Origin: an uncultured Alphaproteobacteria bacterium
GTDB taxonomy: Bacteria > Pseudomonadota > Alphaproteobacteria > Rhizobiales > Xanthobacteraceae
Length of the DNA: 64,000 nt
Assembly: GCA_963826295.1 (NCBI GenBank)
Contig: CAWGWO010000007.1
Coordinates: forward strand, 57,887-121,886
Direction: 5' to 3'
Below are positions 38,663 through 48,021 of the stretch, in pieces. Each line of letters starts with the position of its first letter. Within the stretch, counting starts at the first letter, position 1. The translations under genes were made by a program, and so were the position numbers. The notes beneath the pieces are model-generated. The model was given only the letters and a program-made list of their open reading frames with translations. It was not told the origin of the DNA and did not search any database.

Positions 38663-39141
38663 CAAACGTCAGAGCAAGCGTAGGACGGCCCAGGACGCGG
38701 AACGCGCCGAACCCGGACCTTTAAGAGCGAAGACGCGCAGCGCGCTTTAGTCCGGCCATGACGGCATTGGGGAGAATCGCGCCGGATTCCGTAAACAAGA
38801 TATGAATCCGGCAAAAAACAAACTTTGGGACTCACGACCCGAGTCTCGTTCATGCTTTGCGGGCGATTCTTCAGGCGATTGCTGGAGCCGCCGATGAACG
38901 TGATCCTGGTCGTCGCCCTTATGACCGCTTGCATGGTCAACGTGGCTTGCCTGTTGGGCCACCTCTGCGGCGTAGCCGGATAAGTCTGTACTTCGTCATC
39001 GCAAGCATAGCGAAGCGATCCGGTCCCGACGAATCGATCGAATTGCTTCGTCGCGGAGCTTGCCACCGGACTTGATCGGCTGGCTCCTCGCAAACCACCG
39101 CGCCGGCTGGACATCCGGCGCCGAGCGATTACCTTTGCGCC

Positions 39142-39435
39142 ATGTCGGCTGACAAATCCCCTCGCCTCACCGATCGCGAATTCGCCCGCATCGCGCGCGC
39201 GCTGGCGGAGCCGCGGCGTTATCAGATGCTCAAAGAGATCGGCGGCAGTGACGCTCCGATGCCGTGCACGGCGCTGCAGAAACTGCATCCCGTCAGCCCG
39301 GCCACCCTCTCCCACCATCTCAAGGAACTTGAGACCGCGGGCCTCATCGACATGATTCGCGACGGCAAGTTCGCCAATCTCGTACTCCGCCGCGGCGTGC
39401 TGCGCGCCTATCTCGACCGCCTGGCAAAAATCTAG
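39142..39435 (+). CDS. ArsR/SmtB-family transcriptional regulator
   Basis: 97 aa. [17 protein letters not shown]...[14 protein letters not shown], a winged HTH. Confidence 0.8.
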   Translation: MSADKSPRLTDREFARIARALAEPRRYQMLKEIGGSDAPMPCTALQKLHPVSPATLSHHLKELETAGLIDMIRDGKFANLVLRRGVLRAYLDRLAKI

Positions 39436-39466
39436 CAACGCCCCCTTGCGCATCGCGGCTCGCCCT

Positions 39467-39490
39467 ATAGTTAGATGATTGTCTAACTAT
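39467..39490. promoter_or_regulatory. Perfect 9-bp inverted repeat ATAGTTAGA-N6-TCTAACTAT between arsR-like and SDR genes (candidate operator overlapping a TATAGT -10)
   Basis: Read directly from the sequence. It lies 40 nt upstream of the SDR ATG. Confidence 0.45.
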
Positions 39491-39529
39491 CAAATTGTCG
39501 CAAGCCAAATCAGCGAACGGGAGAAGCCG

Positions 39530-40279
39530 ATGAGCGTTCTGAAGGGGAAAGTGGCGGTCGTCACCGGAGCGTCGAAGGGCATCGGCGCGGGCATCGCCAA
39601 AAGCCTCGGCGCCGCAGGTGCCGCAGTCGTGGTCAACTATTCATCCGCCAAAGACGGCGCCGACCGCGTGGTCGCGGAAATTATCGCCAAAGGCGGCAAA
39701 GCCATCGCGGTCAAGGGCGACGTCGCCAAAGCTGCCGAAGTCGAGCGCCTGTTCGCGGAAACCAAGAAGGCCTTCGGCACATTGGACGTGCTGGTGAACA
39801 ATGCCGGCGTCTATCAATTCGCGCCGATCGAACAGGTTACGGAGGAAGAGTTTCATCGCGAGTTCAACACCAACGTGCTCGGCACGATCCTCGCGATCAA
39901 GGAAGCGGTCAAACATTTCGGGCCGAACGGCGGCAGCGTGATCAATCTAAGCTCGATCGCCAGCGTCAAGGGAATGCCGGGTGCGACGATCTATTCCGCG
40001 AGCAAGAGCGCGGTCGACGCCATCACGCGTGCGCTTTCCGTCGAACTCGGACCGCGGAAGATCCGGGTCAACGCCATCGCACCGGGCGGCGTCGAGACCG
40101 AAGGTACGCAAACGGGCGGTATCGTCGGCAGCGATTTCGAAAAGGCGATGGTGGCCGCGACGCCGCTCGGCCGCTTCGGGCAGCCTGACGACATCGCGCG
40201 TGTCGCGCTCTTCCTCGCCTCCGATGACTCGGCGTGGCTGACCGGCGAGCGGCTCACCGCATCGGGCGGTTATCACTAA
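39530..40279 (+). CDS. Short-chain dehydrogenase/reductase (SDR)
   Basis: VTGASKGIG, NNAG, and the S...Y..SK catalytic motif (YSASKSAV). Confidence 0.9.
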   Translation: MSVLKGKVAVVTGASKGIGAGIAKSLGAAGAAVVVNYSSAKDGADRVVAEIIAKGGKAIAVKGDVAKAAEVERLFAETKKAFGTLDVLVNNAGVYQFAPIEQVTEEEFHREFNTNVLGTILAIKEAVKHFGPNGGSVINLSSIASVKGMPGATIYSASKSAVDAITRALSVELGPRKIRVNAIAPGGVETEGTQTGGIVGSDFEKAMVAATPLGRFGQPDDIARVALFLASDDSAWLTGERLTASGGYH

Positions 40280-40346
40280 GGAGGCCTGGGTGGGTTTCAC
40301 GCCATAACGCGCCAAGTAAGCACGCGGCGGCGGGCTCGCGGGGCTT

Positions 40347-40712
40347 TCAAACTCCCGCCAGCGTCAACACGACAACGGCCGAGAGCACCAGCCACCCAAA
40401 ATGGCGGCCGCGGGTGGCAACGGCGTTACCGATCGCAGCCGAGCCGTAAGTCGCGGCCAGCACGAACACGATCCAATACCGGGCGCTCTGCGAGGCGAAT
40501 GACGGCGCCGCGATCAAAAGCGCGCCGCCGCCGATCCAGGCAACGGCACTGCATTGCCAAACCGCGCGGATCAAACGCTTGACCCAAGCCGGCTCGATCT
40601 GGGCACGCGGAAAAACCTTGGTTTCACCAAGCACACCGTGGACCACGCCGGCCAGGATCGCCAACACGCCGGCAATTTGGAGCGCCAGATCACGCATCCT
40701 GTCCTTCTCCAT
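40347..40712 (-). CDS. Small integral membrane protein (4 TM), unknown function
   Basis: Hydrophobic segments. The ATG at 40712 is chosen over the ORF start at 40787. Confidence 0.5.
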   Translation of the reverse strand: MEKDRMRDLALQIAGVLAILAGVVHGVLGETKVFPRAQIEPAWVKRLIRAVWQCSAVAWIGGGALLIAAPSFASQSARYWIVFVLAATYGSAAIGNAVATRGRHFGWLVLSAVVVLTLAGV

Positions 40713-40861
40713 ACACTTATGTATGCTGACGGAAACTATCGTCGAGATATTGCCGACCGTCAATACATAGGTGTATGGTGAGGGCACATTGCGTTCACGG
40801 TTTCGTTGAAACCTTTAGGGCGCGATCCGACAAAAACGCGCCCGGTCTCGGCCTATCCAAC

Positions 40862-41428
40862 ATGCTTGGGAAGTTATCGCGCGATGATTGGATCAAAGCC
40901 GGCCTGAAGGCGCTTGCGCGCGACGGTTTTACGGCGCTGAAAGCCGACCGGATGGCCAAGCGGCTCGCGGTATCGCGCGGCAGTTTCTATTGGCACTTTG
41001 TCGACGTTGCTGCGTTCCAAAAAGCGGTCATGGAGCGCTGGCGCGATGTTGCGGCAGAGGCCGTCATTCGCGACCTCGAAAATCTCAAACCAGCGAGCGA
41101 GCGTCTGCGTTACCTGTCGCGGTTGGCTTTCGGCGCCGATCCGGCGCTGGAGATTGCCATGCGCGCCTGGGCGGCATCGGATTCGGCCACGCGCGCTATC
41201 GTTCATTCCGTCGACAAGCGGCGCATCGCCTACCTGGAACGCATTTTACGCGACGGCGGGGTCGGCGCCTATCGCGTACAGGCGCGCGCCTTGATCATCT
41301 ATTGGACGTATCTCGGCTTCGCACTTTCGGCAAAGCCGGTCAGAGGCGTTGCGCGCGAACGACTGGCCGAGCAACTCGCGGAGCTTGGCCGCGACGGGCC
41401 TTCGCCGAATGCTCCATCCCGGCCGTAG
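40862..41428 (+). CDS. TetR-family transcriptional regulator
   Basis: AGLKALARDGFTALKADRMAKRLAVSRGSFYWHF HTH. An imperfect IR TATGTAT..TGACGG/CCGTCAATACATA lies at 40728..40779 in the divergent intergenic region. Confidence 0.8.
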   Translation: MLGKLSRDDWIKAGLKALARDGFTALKADRMAKRLAVSRGSFYWHFVDVAAFQKAVMERWRDVAAEAVIRDLENLKPASERLRYLSRLAFGADPALEIAMRAWAASDSATRAIVHSVDKRRIAYLERILRDGGVGAYRVQARALIIYWTYLGFALSAKPVRGVARERLAEQLAELGRDGPSPNAPSRP

Positions 41429-41493
41429 GCGGGCAATCAATACAACTGGCTATCGCCGGCGATCGACGCGGGATCAGATAAGCGGGAAATAAA

Positions 41494-41940
41494 TTACGCC
41501 CGCGCCTTCCGCCAGATGAGTGCATCGAGGCTCAACGGGCCGCCGCCGGCGAAGATCAGATAAAAAAAGACAAAACAGTAGAGCACCGCGAGTTCGCCGT
41601 GATTGACGTAGGGGTAAAAGCTTCCAGGCGCGTGGATCATGAAATAGCCGATCGCCATCTCGCCCGACATGATGAGCGCCGCGACGCAGGTGAACAGGCC
41701 GAGCGTCACCACTACGCCGCCGACCAGCTCGATAGCCGCGGCAAAGAACTCCAAATCGAAGCCGTGGGGGTGTGGCGCCGTCGCCAAAGGAAAGCCGAAG
41801 AATTTAGACAAGCCATGCTCGAGAAAGAGCAGCGCGGCGACGATACGCAGGATGCTCAAAACATACGGCGCCGCACGATCAAGCGCCGACGCCAAAGAAT
41901 TGGCCGCAGGCCTCGTCGTCCGCGGAGCAATCTGGTCCAT
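41494..41940 (-). CDS. DoxX-family membrane protein
   Basis: LRIVAALLFLEHGLSKFFGFP plus 4 TM segments. Confidence 0.8.
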   Translation of the reverse strand: MDQIAPRTTRPAANSLASALDRAAPYVLSILRIVAALLFLEHGLSKFFGFPLATAPHPHGFDLEFFAAAIELVGGVVVTLGLFTCVAALIMSGEMAIGYFMIHAPGSFYPYVNHGELAVLYCFVFFYLIFAGGGPLSLDALIWRKARA

Positions 41941-42163
41941 TGCGATTCCCTCACAGCCGTTCCGTAACCCGGCTTCGCGCTTGGCTACATATCACAAATC
42001 CCTGATTTGCCGGCGCGCATGGCTGATGCGCCAACCGCGCCCGGTCACACCCGCGTAACCGACCGCCCCATAACCCCGATCGCACAGCAAACGCCACCGG
42101 GTCCGGCTAAAACCTAGCCGGCCCGATGACGGGGTTCGACGATATAGCGGTCGTTTCTGGCCG

Positions 42164-42844
42164 TTACGACTTGCTGGCGTTAAAGCGGCCGGCATATTTA
42201 AACTGAGGCGCGGCCTTCAGCTGATCGGCGGTGGCGTTCATCGTGGCGTGCCACTTCTTGTCGGACTCGTTGTAACTGACTTTGACCTCCGATGGCCTGA
42301 CCGCGACGTAGCGGGTACCGACGCCGAGAAAACCGCCGACCGACAGAATGTAAGCGCGGACGCGGCCGTGGTCATTCAACGCGATGTCCTTGATCTGCCC
42401 GATGTCCTGATTGGCGTTGTTGTAGACGTCGAGGCCGGTCAGATTGGAACTCAATTCCTCGCTGTCCGAGATCGAGACGAATTCGGAACCCGACATGGCG
42501 CCGGGCGAATTCGCCGTTTCGTCGTTACCTGACGGCGTGCCGACCTCGGCGATTTCGGTCATCGAATCGGGGGCGACATTCATGACGACGGGATTGCTGT
42601 CCTTATCCTTGGCGCGGATGATGAACGAGCTTGGCATGACATGGATGTCGGTGAAGCCTTGGCTCTTCAGCATGTCGCGAACTTGCGCACGCAGAGAACC
42701 GTGGACGTTCGCGGCCTGTGTTCCCTGTTGGCCGTTGGCCGACGGCGTCGCGTTCGGCTGGCTCGCCGGCGTGTTGGTTTGAGCCATTGCCGCCGGTGAG
42801 CACAGCAGTAAGGCCGTGCTGGCGGCGAGAATCGAAAGTCGCAT
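42164..42844 (-). CDS. Exported PRC-barrel domain protein
   Basis: The signal peptide is MRLSILAASTALLLCSPAAMA. The C-terminus is LTGLDVYNNANQDIGQIKDIALN..GRVRAYILSVGGFLGVGTRYVAV. Confidence 0.7.
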   Translation of the reverse strand: MRLSILAASTALLLCSPAAMAQTNTPASQPNATPSANGQQGTQAANVHGSLRAQVRDMLKSQGFTDIHVMPSSFIIRAKDKDSNPVVMNVAPDSMTEIAEVGTPSGNDETANSPGAMSGSEFVSISDSEELSSNLTGLDVYNNANQDIGQIKDIALNDHGRVRAYILSVGGFLGVGTRYVAVRPSEVKVSYNESDKKWHATMNATADQLKAAPQFKYAGRFNASKS

Positions 42845-43036
42845 TGTTGTTCTCCTTTGGGGTCCACCCCCCGCGGTTATGTTTTCAACAAGCGCACCGA
42901 CGGGCCGTTCCGTGAAATTTTGAATATGTTGACGAAGCTGGCAGTTCACGAAACTTGGACGAAACGAGACGAACACCGTCCAGGCGGCTGGAACAGTGAA
43001 GGGTCTTGCGGGTTTGTCAGGACGGAGTTTGGTGAA

Positions 43037-43258
43037 ATGGATAATCGCGACCAGGAACTATTGGCCAAGCAGGTGGGACGGATCAACGGCCCCGTATTGA
43101 ACGAGACTGCAATTCTGCTTGTGCTGGTCGCGGTGTTCTTCGCCGGCATGACGACGGGCGGCTATTTATTTGCTGATAAAGGCGCGCCAGTCGTAATTGC
43201 GTCAAGCGACTCCCCGGCAGCGTCGTCTCACGCGGTTGCACTGCCCATTGCGCGCTGA
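43037..43258 (+). CDS. Small single-TM protein (73 aa), hypothetical
   Basis: MDNRDQELLAKQ... followed by a TM segment AILLVLVAVFFAGMTTGGYLF. Confidence 0.35.
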   Translation: MDNRDQELLAKQVGRINGPVLNETAILLVLVAVFFAGMTTGGYLFADKGAPVVIASSDSPAASSHAVALPIAR

Positions 43259-43278
43259 CGCCGGCCGAAGGGCTTTCT

Positions 43279-43584
43279 TTATTCCTCGGGCTCTGTCGTG
43301 AAGAAGAGCGGATAGCCTTTCTGCTTGCCGAGTTCGGTCGCCTCTTTCGCCTTGGTCTCGGCCACGTCCCTGACGTAGACGGCGATGACGCAAGCGCCCT
43401 TTCGATGGGCCGTCATCATCACCCGATAAGCTTGATCTTCGTTCATGCGAAACACCGCCTTAAGCACGAGAACGACGAACTCGCGCGGCGTGTAGTCGTC
43501 GTTGAGCAGAATCACCTTGTAGAGCGGCGGCCGTTGCGTCTTGGTCGCCACCTTGGTGCGCGGCTTCACGAGGGTCTTGGTCAT
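43279..43584 (-). CDS. clpS: ATP-dependent Clp protease adaptor ClpS (not next to clpA here)
   Basis: PPLYKVILLNDDYTPREFVV.VL..VF....E.A..VM...H..G. Confidence 0.9.
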   Translation of the reverse strand: MTKTLVKPRTKVATKTQRPPLYKVILLNDDYTPREFVVLVLKAVFRMNEDQAYRVMMTAHRKGACVIAVYVRDVAETKAKEATELGKQKGYPLFFTTEPEE

Positions 43585-43741
43585 TGCTCAGCGCTCCGCA
43601 CCCGGATTTAATGAGCCTGGCGATTATAATCAGCGGCGCCGCTGCATCCAGCGGGCGTGCCGTTCCTCAACGAGCGGCGTCCCGTTAGGGAACGACGCTT
43701 TCCAGTTGGCGCTGATCGCCGCAGCGCACGAAAGGACGCCA

Positions 43742-44023
43742 ATGCATATTCTCTGGATCATCATCATCGGCTTCGTGGCTGGCATCATCGCCCGCATCGT
43801 GGCTCCGGGACCCAACAATCCCGCGGGCTTTATTCTGACCACGCTGCTCGGAATAGCCGGAGCCTTCGTCGCCACTTTTATCGGGCAAGCTGTCGGCTGG
43901 TATGGCCACAATCAGGGCGCAGGGCTGATCGGGGCCGTGGTCGGGGCGATCGTCGTGCTGTTTGTCTGGCACCGGCTGGTGGCCAACCGGGTCATTCCGG
44001 ATCCGGGTCGCCGGTGGTTGTAA
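43742..44023 (+). CDS. GlsB/YeaQ/YmgE-family stress membrane protein
   Basis: ILWIIIIGFVAGIIARIV.PG....GFILTTLLGIAGAFV. Confidence 0.8.
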   Translation: MHILWIIIIGFVAGIIARIVAPGPNNPAGFILTTLLGIAGAFVATFIGQAVGWYGHNQGAGLIGAVVGAIVVLFVWHRLVANRVIPDPGRRWL

Positions 44024-44063
44024 CCGTGCCGAACGAGCCACGTGATCGGGCAGACCCGCTCCG

Positions 44064-44369
44064 CTAGCGTCCGGCCAAACGGCGCTGAACCACCAATGAA
44101 GCGCGAACGTTGCGCCGTTCCACCACCACGGCGCGCGGCGCACCGACACGGCCGGTCACGGTCACCCGGTTGATCTCCTTACGTTGACCCATACGCAGAA
44201 CGACCCCTCGGGCCTCGTCGACGGGGACTTCCATTAGCGACGCTACGATCTCAACCTGTTCCTTGAAGTCCTCGGTCAACCCTTGGGCCGCAACTACGGC
44301 TTCTTCGACGGTCGGCGGGTCGCGTCGCACCCGCCGGCGGCCGTCCTTGGTGTCCCAAACGTCGGTCAT
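44064..44369 (-). CDS. Hypothetical protein (101 aa)
   Basis: ORF with plausible coding composition. I do not recognise a motif. Confidence 0.35.
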   Translation of the reverse strand: MTDVWDTKDGRRRVRRDPPTVEEAVVAAQGLTEDFKEQVEIVASLMEVPVDEARGVVLRMGQRKEINRVTVTGRVGAPRAVVVERRNVRASLVVQRRLAGR

Positions 44370-44525
44370 GTTCGAACCTTTTGTTTTTCCTTCTGGGGCT
44401 CTATTATCGGACTTATGCCGCATTGCAGCAAGGAAATTGTGCATTGCACCACCGGCAATTCACAGCCCGGTTGGCAGATTTCCAGCGCAACCGGCGGGAC
44501 TGTGAGCGGTCTCGCCGCGCCGCGC

Positions 44526-44720
44526 TTAGCGCGGGGGCATATCGCTAAAGAGGACGCCGCCCTTGCCCTTCGCCGTCCGCGCCGTCTCGACCAGCGAAAC
44601 GGTAACCGCTTCCGGCGGTGCACCGATATTCTTCACGACCGCGGCAGTGAGGTCTTTCACGAGCGCACGCTTGTCTTCGATGGTGCGGCCTTCGAGCAGA
44701 TACACAATGACTTCGGGCAT
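44526..44720 (-). CDS. 4-oxalocrotonate tautomerase-family protein
   Basis: MPEVIVYLLEGRTIEDKRALVKDLTAAV. The Pro-1 after Met and the 64-aa size are typical. Confidence 0.75.
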   Translation of the reverse strand: MPEVIVYLLEGRTIEDKRALVKDLTAAVVKNIGAPPEAVTVSLVETARTAKGKGGVLFSDMPPR

Positions 44721-44846
44721 CAAATCCTCCATTCGCTGTTGAGCGGCTTCACGGCCCATTTTTCGGCGTGCAAAGCCGGGGTCGCTTGCCTCAGCATCGG
44801 GTTCCGTCTATCGGATTTTGGTGGGTCGGTACAAGGGAGCTGAGCA

Positions 44847-45104
44847 ATGAAGCCAGTTGCATTGGTCATTAGCCTATTGGCACTTGGTTTCGCCGCCTCT
44901 ACTGCGGCGCGCGCTGATTATGCGGTCGTCATGTTCAAGAAGGACGGGTCCTGCAAGCCGTGGCTGGAGAGCAGCTACAAACCGCTAGAACCCGGCTGGA
45001 AGTATCACTGGGTTGGTCTCAAGAGCTGGGACGCTGCCGTCGGCAAAAAGCACTACGCGATGACGCATCACTGGTGCAAAGCCTTCGGGACTTCGCAGTT
45101 TTAA
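44847..45104 (+). CDS. Small secreted two-Cys protein, paralog 1 of 3
   Basis: The signal peptide ends in ARADYAVVMFKKDGSCKPW...HWCKAF. Confidence 0.65.
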   Translation: MKPVALVISLLALGFAASTAARADYAVVMFKKDGSCKPWLESSYKPLEPGWKYHWVGLKSWDAAVGKKHYAMTHHWCKAFGTSQF

Positions 45105-45155
45105 CGACGTCGCCCGCCGACGGCGGGCAATTACGGTTCACATGGGGGAGACAAG

Positions 45156-45401
45156 ATGACACGATTAGTTTTGGCATTAGGAGTGCTGACAATCGGTTTT
45201 GCGGCCGCGACGCCGGCAAGCGCCGATTTTGCTGTGGTGAAGTTCAAAGATACGGGCTCATGCCGGGCTTGGCTCGACCATACCGCCAAGCCTTCGGGAA
45301 AGTATCAAGTGCTCTGGGCAAAGACCCCAACCTGGGAGGTTTCCCAGGCCAAGGGCGACTACGCGATGAAGCACAAATGGTGCAAATCCTGGGAAAAGTA
45401 A
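45156..45401 (+). CDS. Small secreted two-Cys protein, paralog 2 of 3
   Basis: ASADFAVVKFKDTGSCRAW...KWCKSW. A GGGGGAGA Shine-Dalgarno sequence lies upstream. Confidence 0.65.
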   Translation: MTRLVLALGVLTIGFAAATPASADFAVVKFKDTGSCRAWLDHTAKPSGKYQVLWAKTPTWEVSQAKGDYAMKHKWCKSWEK

Positions 45402-45425
45402 TTTCGCTTTGAAGCGAATTGCTCA

Positions 45426-45458
45426 CCGCCCGCCCGTTTAGGCGGGCGGTTTGCTTTT
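45426..45458 (+). terminator. Rho-independent terminator after paralog 2
   Basis: CCGCCCGCC-CGTTTA-GGCGGGCGG followed by TTTGCTTTT. Confidence 0.7.
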
Positions 45459-45521
45459 CGGCGCCGGAACCATCGCAACGGGCCGAATGTTATCGAGGTC
45501 ACATGGCAAAGGGAGTTCGTC

Positions 45522-45761
45522 ATGAAACAATTGGCGTGTGCTTGTGCAATCGGCTTGCTGGCGATTGGGTTTAGCGCCTCGACACCCGCCCATGCGGATT
45601 ATGCGCTGGTCCAATTCGGCGACGGATACTGCCGGATTTGGTGGGACAGCCTCGATAACCCGTGGGGTGCGAGCTGGAGCAAGATCGTTGTGGGCCTGCC
45701 GGACCATTTCGCGGCTCAAGCGGCGCTCGATACGGCGCTGTCACAGGGCGTTTGCCACTAA
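45522..45761 (+). CDS. Small secreted two-Cys protein, paralog 3 of 3 (most divergent)
   Basis: AHADYALVQFGDGYCRIWW...QGVCH. A GGGAG Shine-Dalgarno sequence lies upstream. Confidence 0.6.
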   Translation: MKQLACACAIGLLAIGFSASTPAHADYALVQFGDGYCRIWWDSLDNPWGASWSKIVVGLPDHFAAQAALDTALSQGVCH

Positions 45762-45794
45762 CACGCACCGGCCTTTCCCAAGGTCGGCTCTCCC

Positions 45795-46367
45795 CTAATC
45801 TTCCTCACGCGGCCAATTCGTATCCCGCGACCAGTTCGCGCCGAGATACGTGGGCGCGCGGGCAGACGGCCGTAGCGCAAGCGGCCCTCGGGCAGCCTGT
45901 TCGCGTCCACGTCCGTCGCGCCACCAGCCATAATAGTGATGCTTCTTGATTGCCCTGATCGAGGCTTCGCGTGGGCCCACGGCCGCTTCACGAATCCGCG
46001 CCGACGCCCCTTCGGCGAGGCGCGGCGATTCCGCCAACGCCGCGATGCCAGCCGGATGTTGCGTCGTCGTCGCCGGGCTTGATTCCGCCGTTGCGGGAGC
46101 GGACACCACCGGCGTGCCGAGTGGCCCGGCGCCGGCCTCCGCCGGCCGCACCAGCGTGCGCGCAGCCACCGATTCGTCGGTTGCGGACCGACCCACCAGA
46201 GAAAATACCGTCGCGGCACCCGCGATCGCGCCTACCGTCACTGCAACCAACACGATGCGTAAGGTGCGCATGAAACCGGGTGCGGGCGCCAGATAGCCCC
46301 ACTCCGGATTGAAATTTCCGGCCGACCGCATCGTAACCTCCGAGGTAAGCTGAAAGCTCCCCCGCAC
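45795..46367 (-). CDS. Membrane-anchored Ala/Pro-rich hypothetical protein
   Basis: Single TM segment LRIVLVAVTVGAIAGAATVFSLV. The start is uncertain (46367 or 46331). Confidence 0.4.
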   Translation of the reverse strand: MRGSFQLTSEVTMRSAGNFNPEWGYLAPAPGFMRTLRIVLVAVTVGAIAGAATVFSLVGRSATDESVAARTLVRPAEAGAGPLGTPVVSAPATAESSPATTTQHPAGIAALAESPRLAEGASARIREAAVGPREASIRAIKKHHYYGWWRDGRGREQAARGPLALRPSARAPTYLGANWSRDTNWPREED

Positions 46368-46469
46368 CCTCCAGATCCGCAGCCGACTGAGAACGCCTCG
46401 GCTATGGCAGGGTTCCTAGGTCACACATGGCGCTCCTCCGGTCCGCTCACAAGCGGGACCGACACCACT

Positions 46470-47132
46470 TTAGGATGCGCTAACCAAGTCGGCTGGCGGC
46501 CGCGGGCTCGCATCCTGACCGCCAATGTGATCGCCAATCGACCCGATCCATGACGGGATGCCGCCGATCGCCGAAACCACTTGATGCGTGACGGCGACGA
46601 CGTGATCCTTCAAGCCGATCGTTCGAGCGAGAAGCGAATCGGCGCCGCGGGGTGCCGGGCTGTTGACTTCTTGCCCGGGCAGTTGCGCCTGGGCGATGAC
46701 AAGAGGCGGCAAAACGACGGCAACCGGAGTCGCAGCGCTCGAGATCGCGGCACTGGAAATCCTGGCGCGCGGCGGCGCGGATTTTGCCGTGGCCATGGCG
46801 ACCGCCGCACGCGGCGCGGCGGCCCCCGCTACCGGCTCGGCCGCGTCAGCCGTCTGGGTCCGGCCCGCCTCGGCGCCGGCGAACTGCGCCTTTTCCTTGG
46901 CGATCTCAGCTTTGAGGAAGTCCGCCATTAAGCCGTGCTCGTCGCGTAGGAGCTGTATCATCGCGGCCGGAGCAGGCCTCCCCGCGGCCGGCTCGGATGC
47001 GTGACCCCAGGGAATAGCCACGTGGATATGGGCAAAGAGCAAGCCACCGATCACGCTCGCGAGCGCCGCCGGCAGGATATCGTGGACGAGCTTTGTAGCA
47101 AACCGCCGCAGCAACGGCATTTGGTAGCGCAT
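46470..47132 (-). CDS. Membrane-anchored Ala/Pro-rich hypothetical protein
   Basis: MRYQMPLLRRFATKLVHDILPAALASVIGGLLF (N-terminal anchor). The ATG at 47132 is preferred to the ORF start at 47261. Confidence 0.4.
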   Translation of the reverse strand: MRYQMPLLRRFATKLVHDILPAALASVIGGLLFAHIHVAIPWGHASEPAAGRPAPAAMIQLLRDEHGLMADFLKAEIAKEKAQFAGAEAGRTQTADAAEPVAGAAAPRAAVAMATAKSAPPRARISSAAISSAATPVAVVLPPLVIAQAQLPGQEVNSPAPRGADSLLARTIGLKDHVVAVTHQVVSAIGGIPSWIGSIGDHIGGQDASPRPPADLVSAS

Positions 47133-47261
47133 GTCCCCTCTCTCATCGACCCGGCGCTTTTCAAACGGCTGATTGAATTTCAAACACTTGTTCTTGGCGG
47201 TCAATAGCCCGGAAAAAGGAATTTTTGGGGCAATCGGGGATTTTCCCCCGAACGAGGTCAT

Positions 47262-47882
47262 TCAAGCTGCTTGGGATAGCCCCGCGACCGCCCACTGGCT
47301 CACCAACGATGCGAGCTTGTCGATCCCGGCCTCGTCGAGGGAAAGCGATATCGGCGGACCGGCCAGTTGCTCCCGGTTGCGCACGAACACGCTGCATTGT
47401 CCTATCAGCCACACCGCTGCGAAGGTAAGAGTCCGCTGGTCCGCCTGGGGCATGAAGCGCCGGACCAGATCGGTGGCCAACCCAAAGAACGGCACCGCCT
47501 CCTCGCTTACCAGCTTACGGAACACCGGCGTCGGCCGCACCGTTTCCCAGCTGAAAAGCCGGATGTGGCGGCTGATGTCATCGCGCGCCAACAACGGCCG
47601 AAGCTGCTGGCGGATGAATTCGGCGACCGCCCTTTCGCGCGACATCGCTTTGGTTTCCTCGACATGATCGAGTTGATGCGCCGTGAGCGCCCGAAACGCG
47701 GTGCGCAGCACCTCGCGATAAAGCCCGTCCTTGCCAGCGAAGTGGTAGTTGATGGCGGCCTGGTTCACGTGCGCCTTGGCGACGATGGCGCGGATGCTCG
47801 TGGCATCGTAACCGCGATCGGCGAACAACCGCTCGGCCGCTTTGAAGATGCGCTCGCGGGTGATTTTAGAAGGTCGCGTCAT
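47262..47882 (-). CDS. TetR/AcrR-family transcriptional regulator
   Basis: RIFKAAERLFADRGYDATSIRAIVAKAHVNQAAINYHF. Confidence 0.85.
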   Translation of the reverse strand: MTRPSKITRERIFKAAERLFADRGYDATSIRAIVAKAHVNQAAINYHFAGKDGLYREVLRTAFRALTAHQLDHVEETKAMSRERAVAEFIRQQLRPLLARDDISRHIRLFSWETVRPTPVFRKLVSEEAVPFFGLATDLVRRFMPQADQRTLTFAAVWLIGQCSVFVRNREQLAGPPISLSLDEAGIDKLASLVSQWAVAGLSQAA

Positions 47883-48021
47883 GGCAGGCTCGTTTTCAAA
47901 CCTTTGTTCGAAATCCCAAATAGACGTTCGCCCGGATCATTGCAAACTCGGCCCGCGGCGCTGCCGGACCCGCGAGTTCCATCAATGACTCGGTGCGGCC
48001 GCGCCGCTATCGTCTTCAGCT

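Noticed and set aside
38617-39453. 278-aa minus-strand ORF covering the non-coding stretch and the arsR-like gene
   Set aside because: It has no motif. It overlaps a well-formed ArsR HTH gene on the plus strand and reads through REP-like repeats.
41941-42163. Hairpin CCGGCTA-N5-TAGCCGG downstream of the PRC-barrel gene, considered as a terminator
   Set aside because: There is no U-tract on the relevant (minus) strand, so I did not call it.
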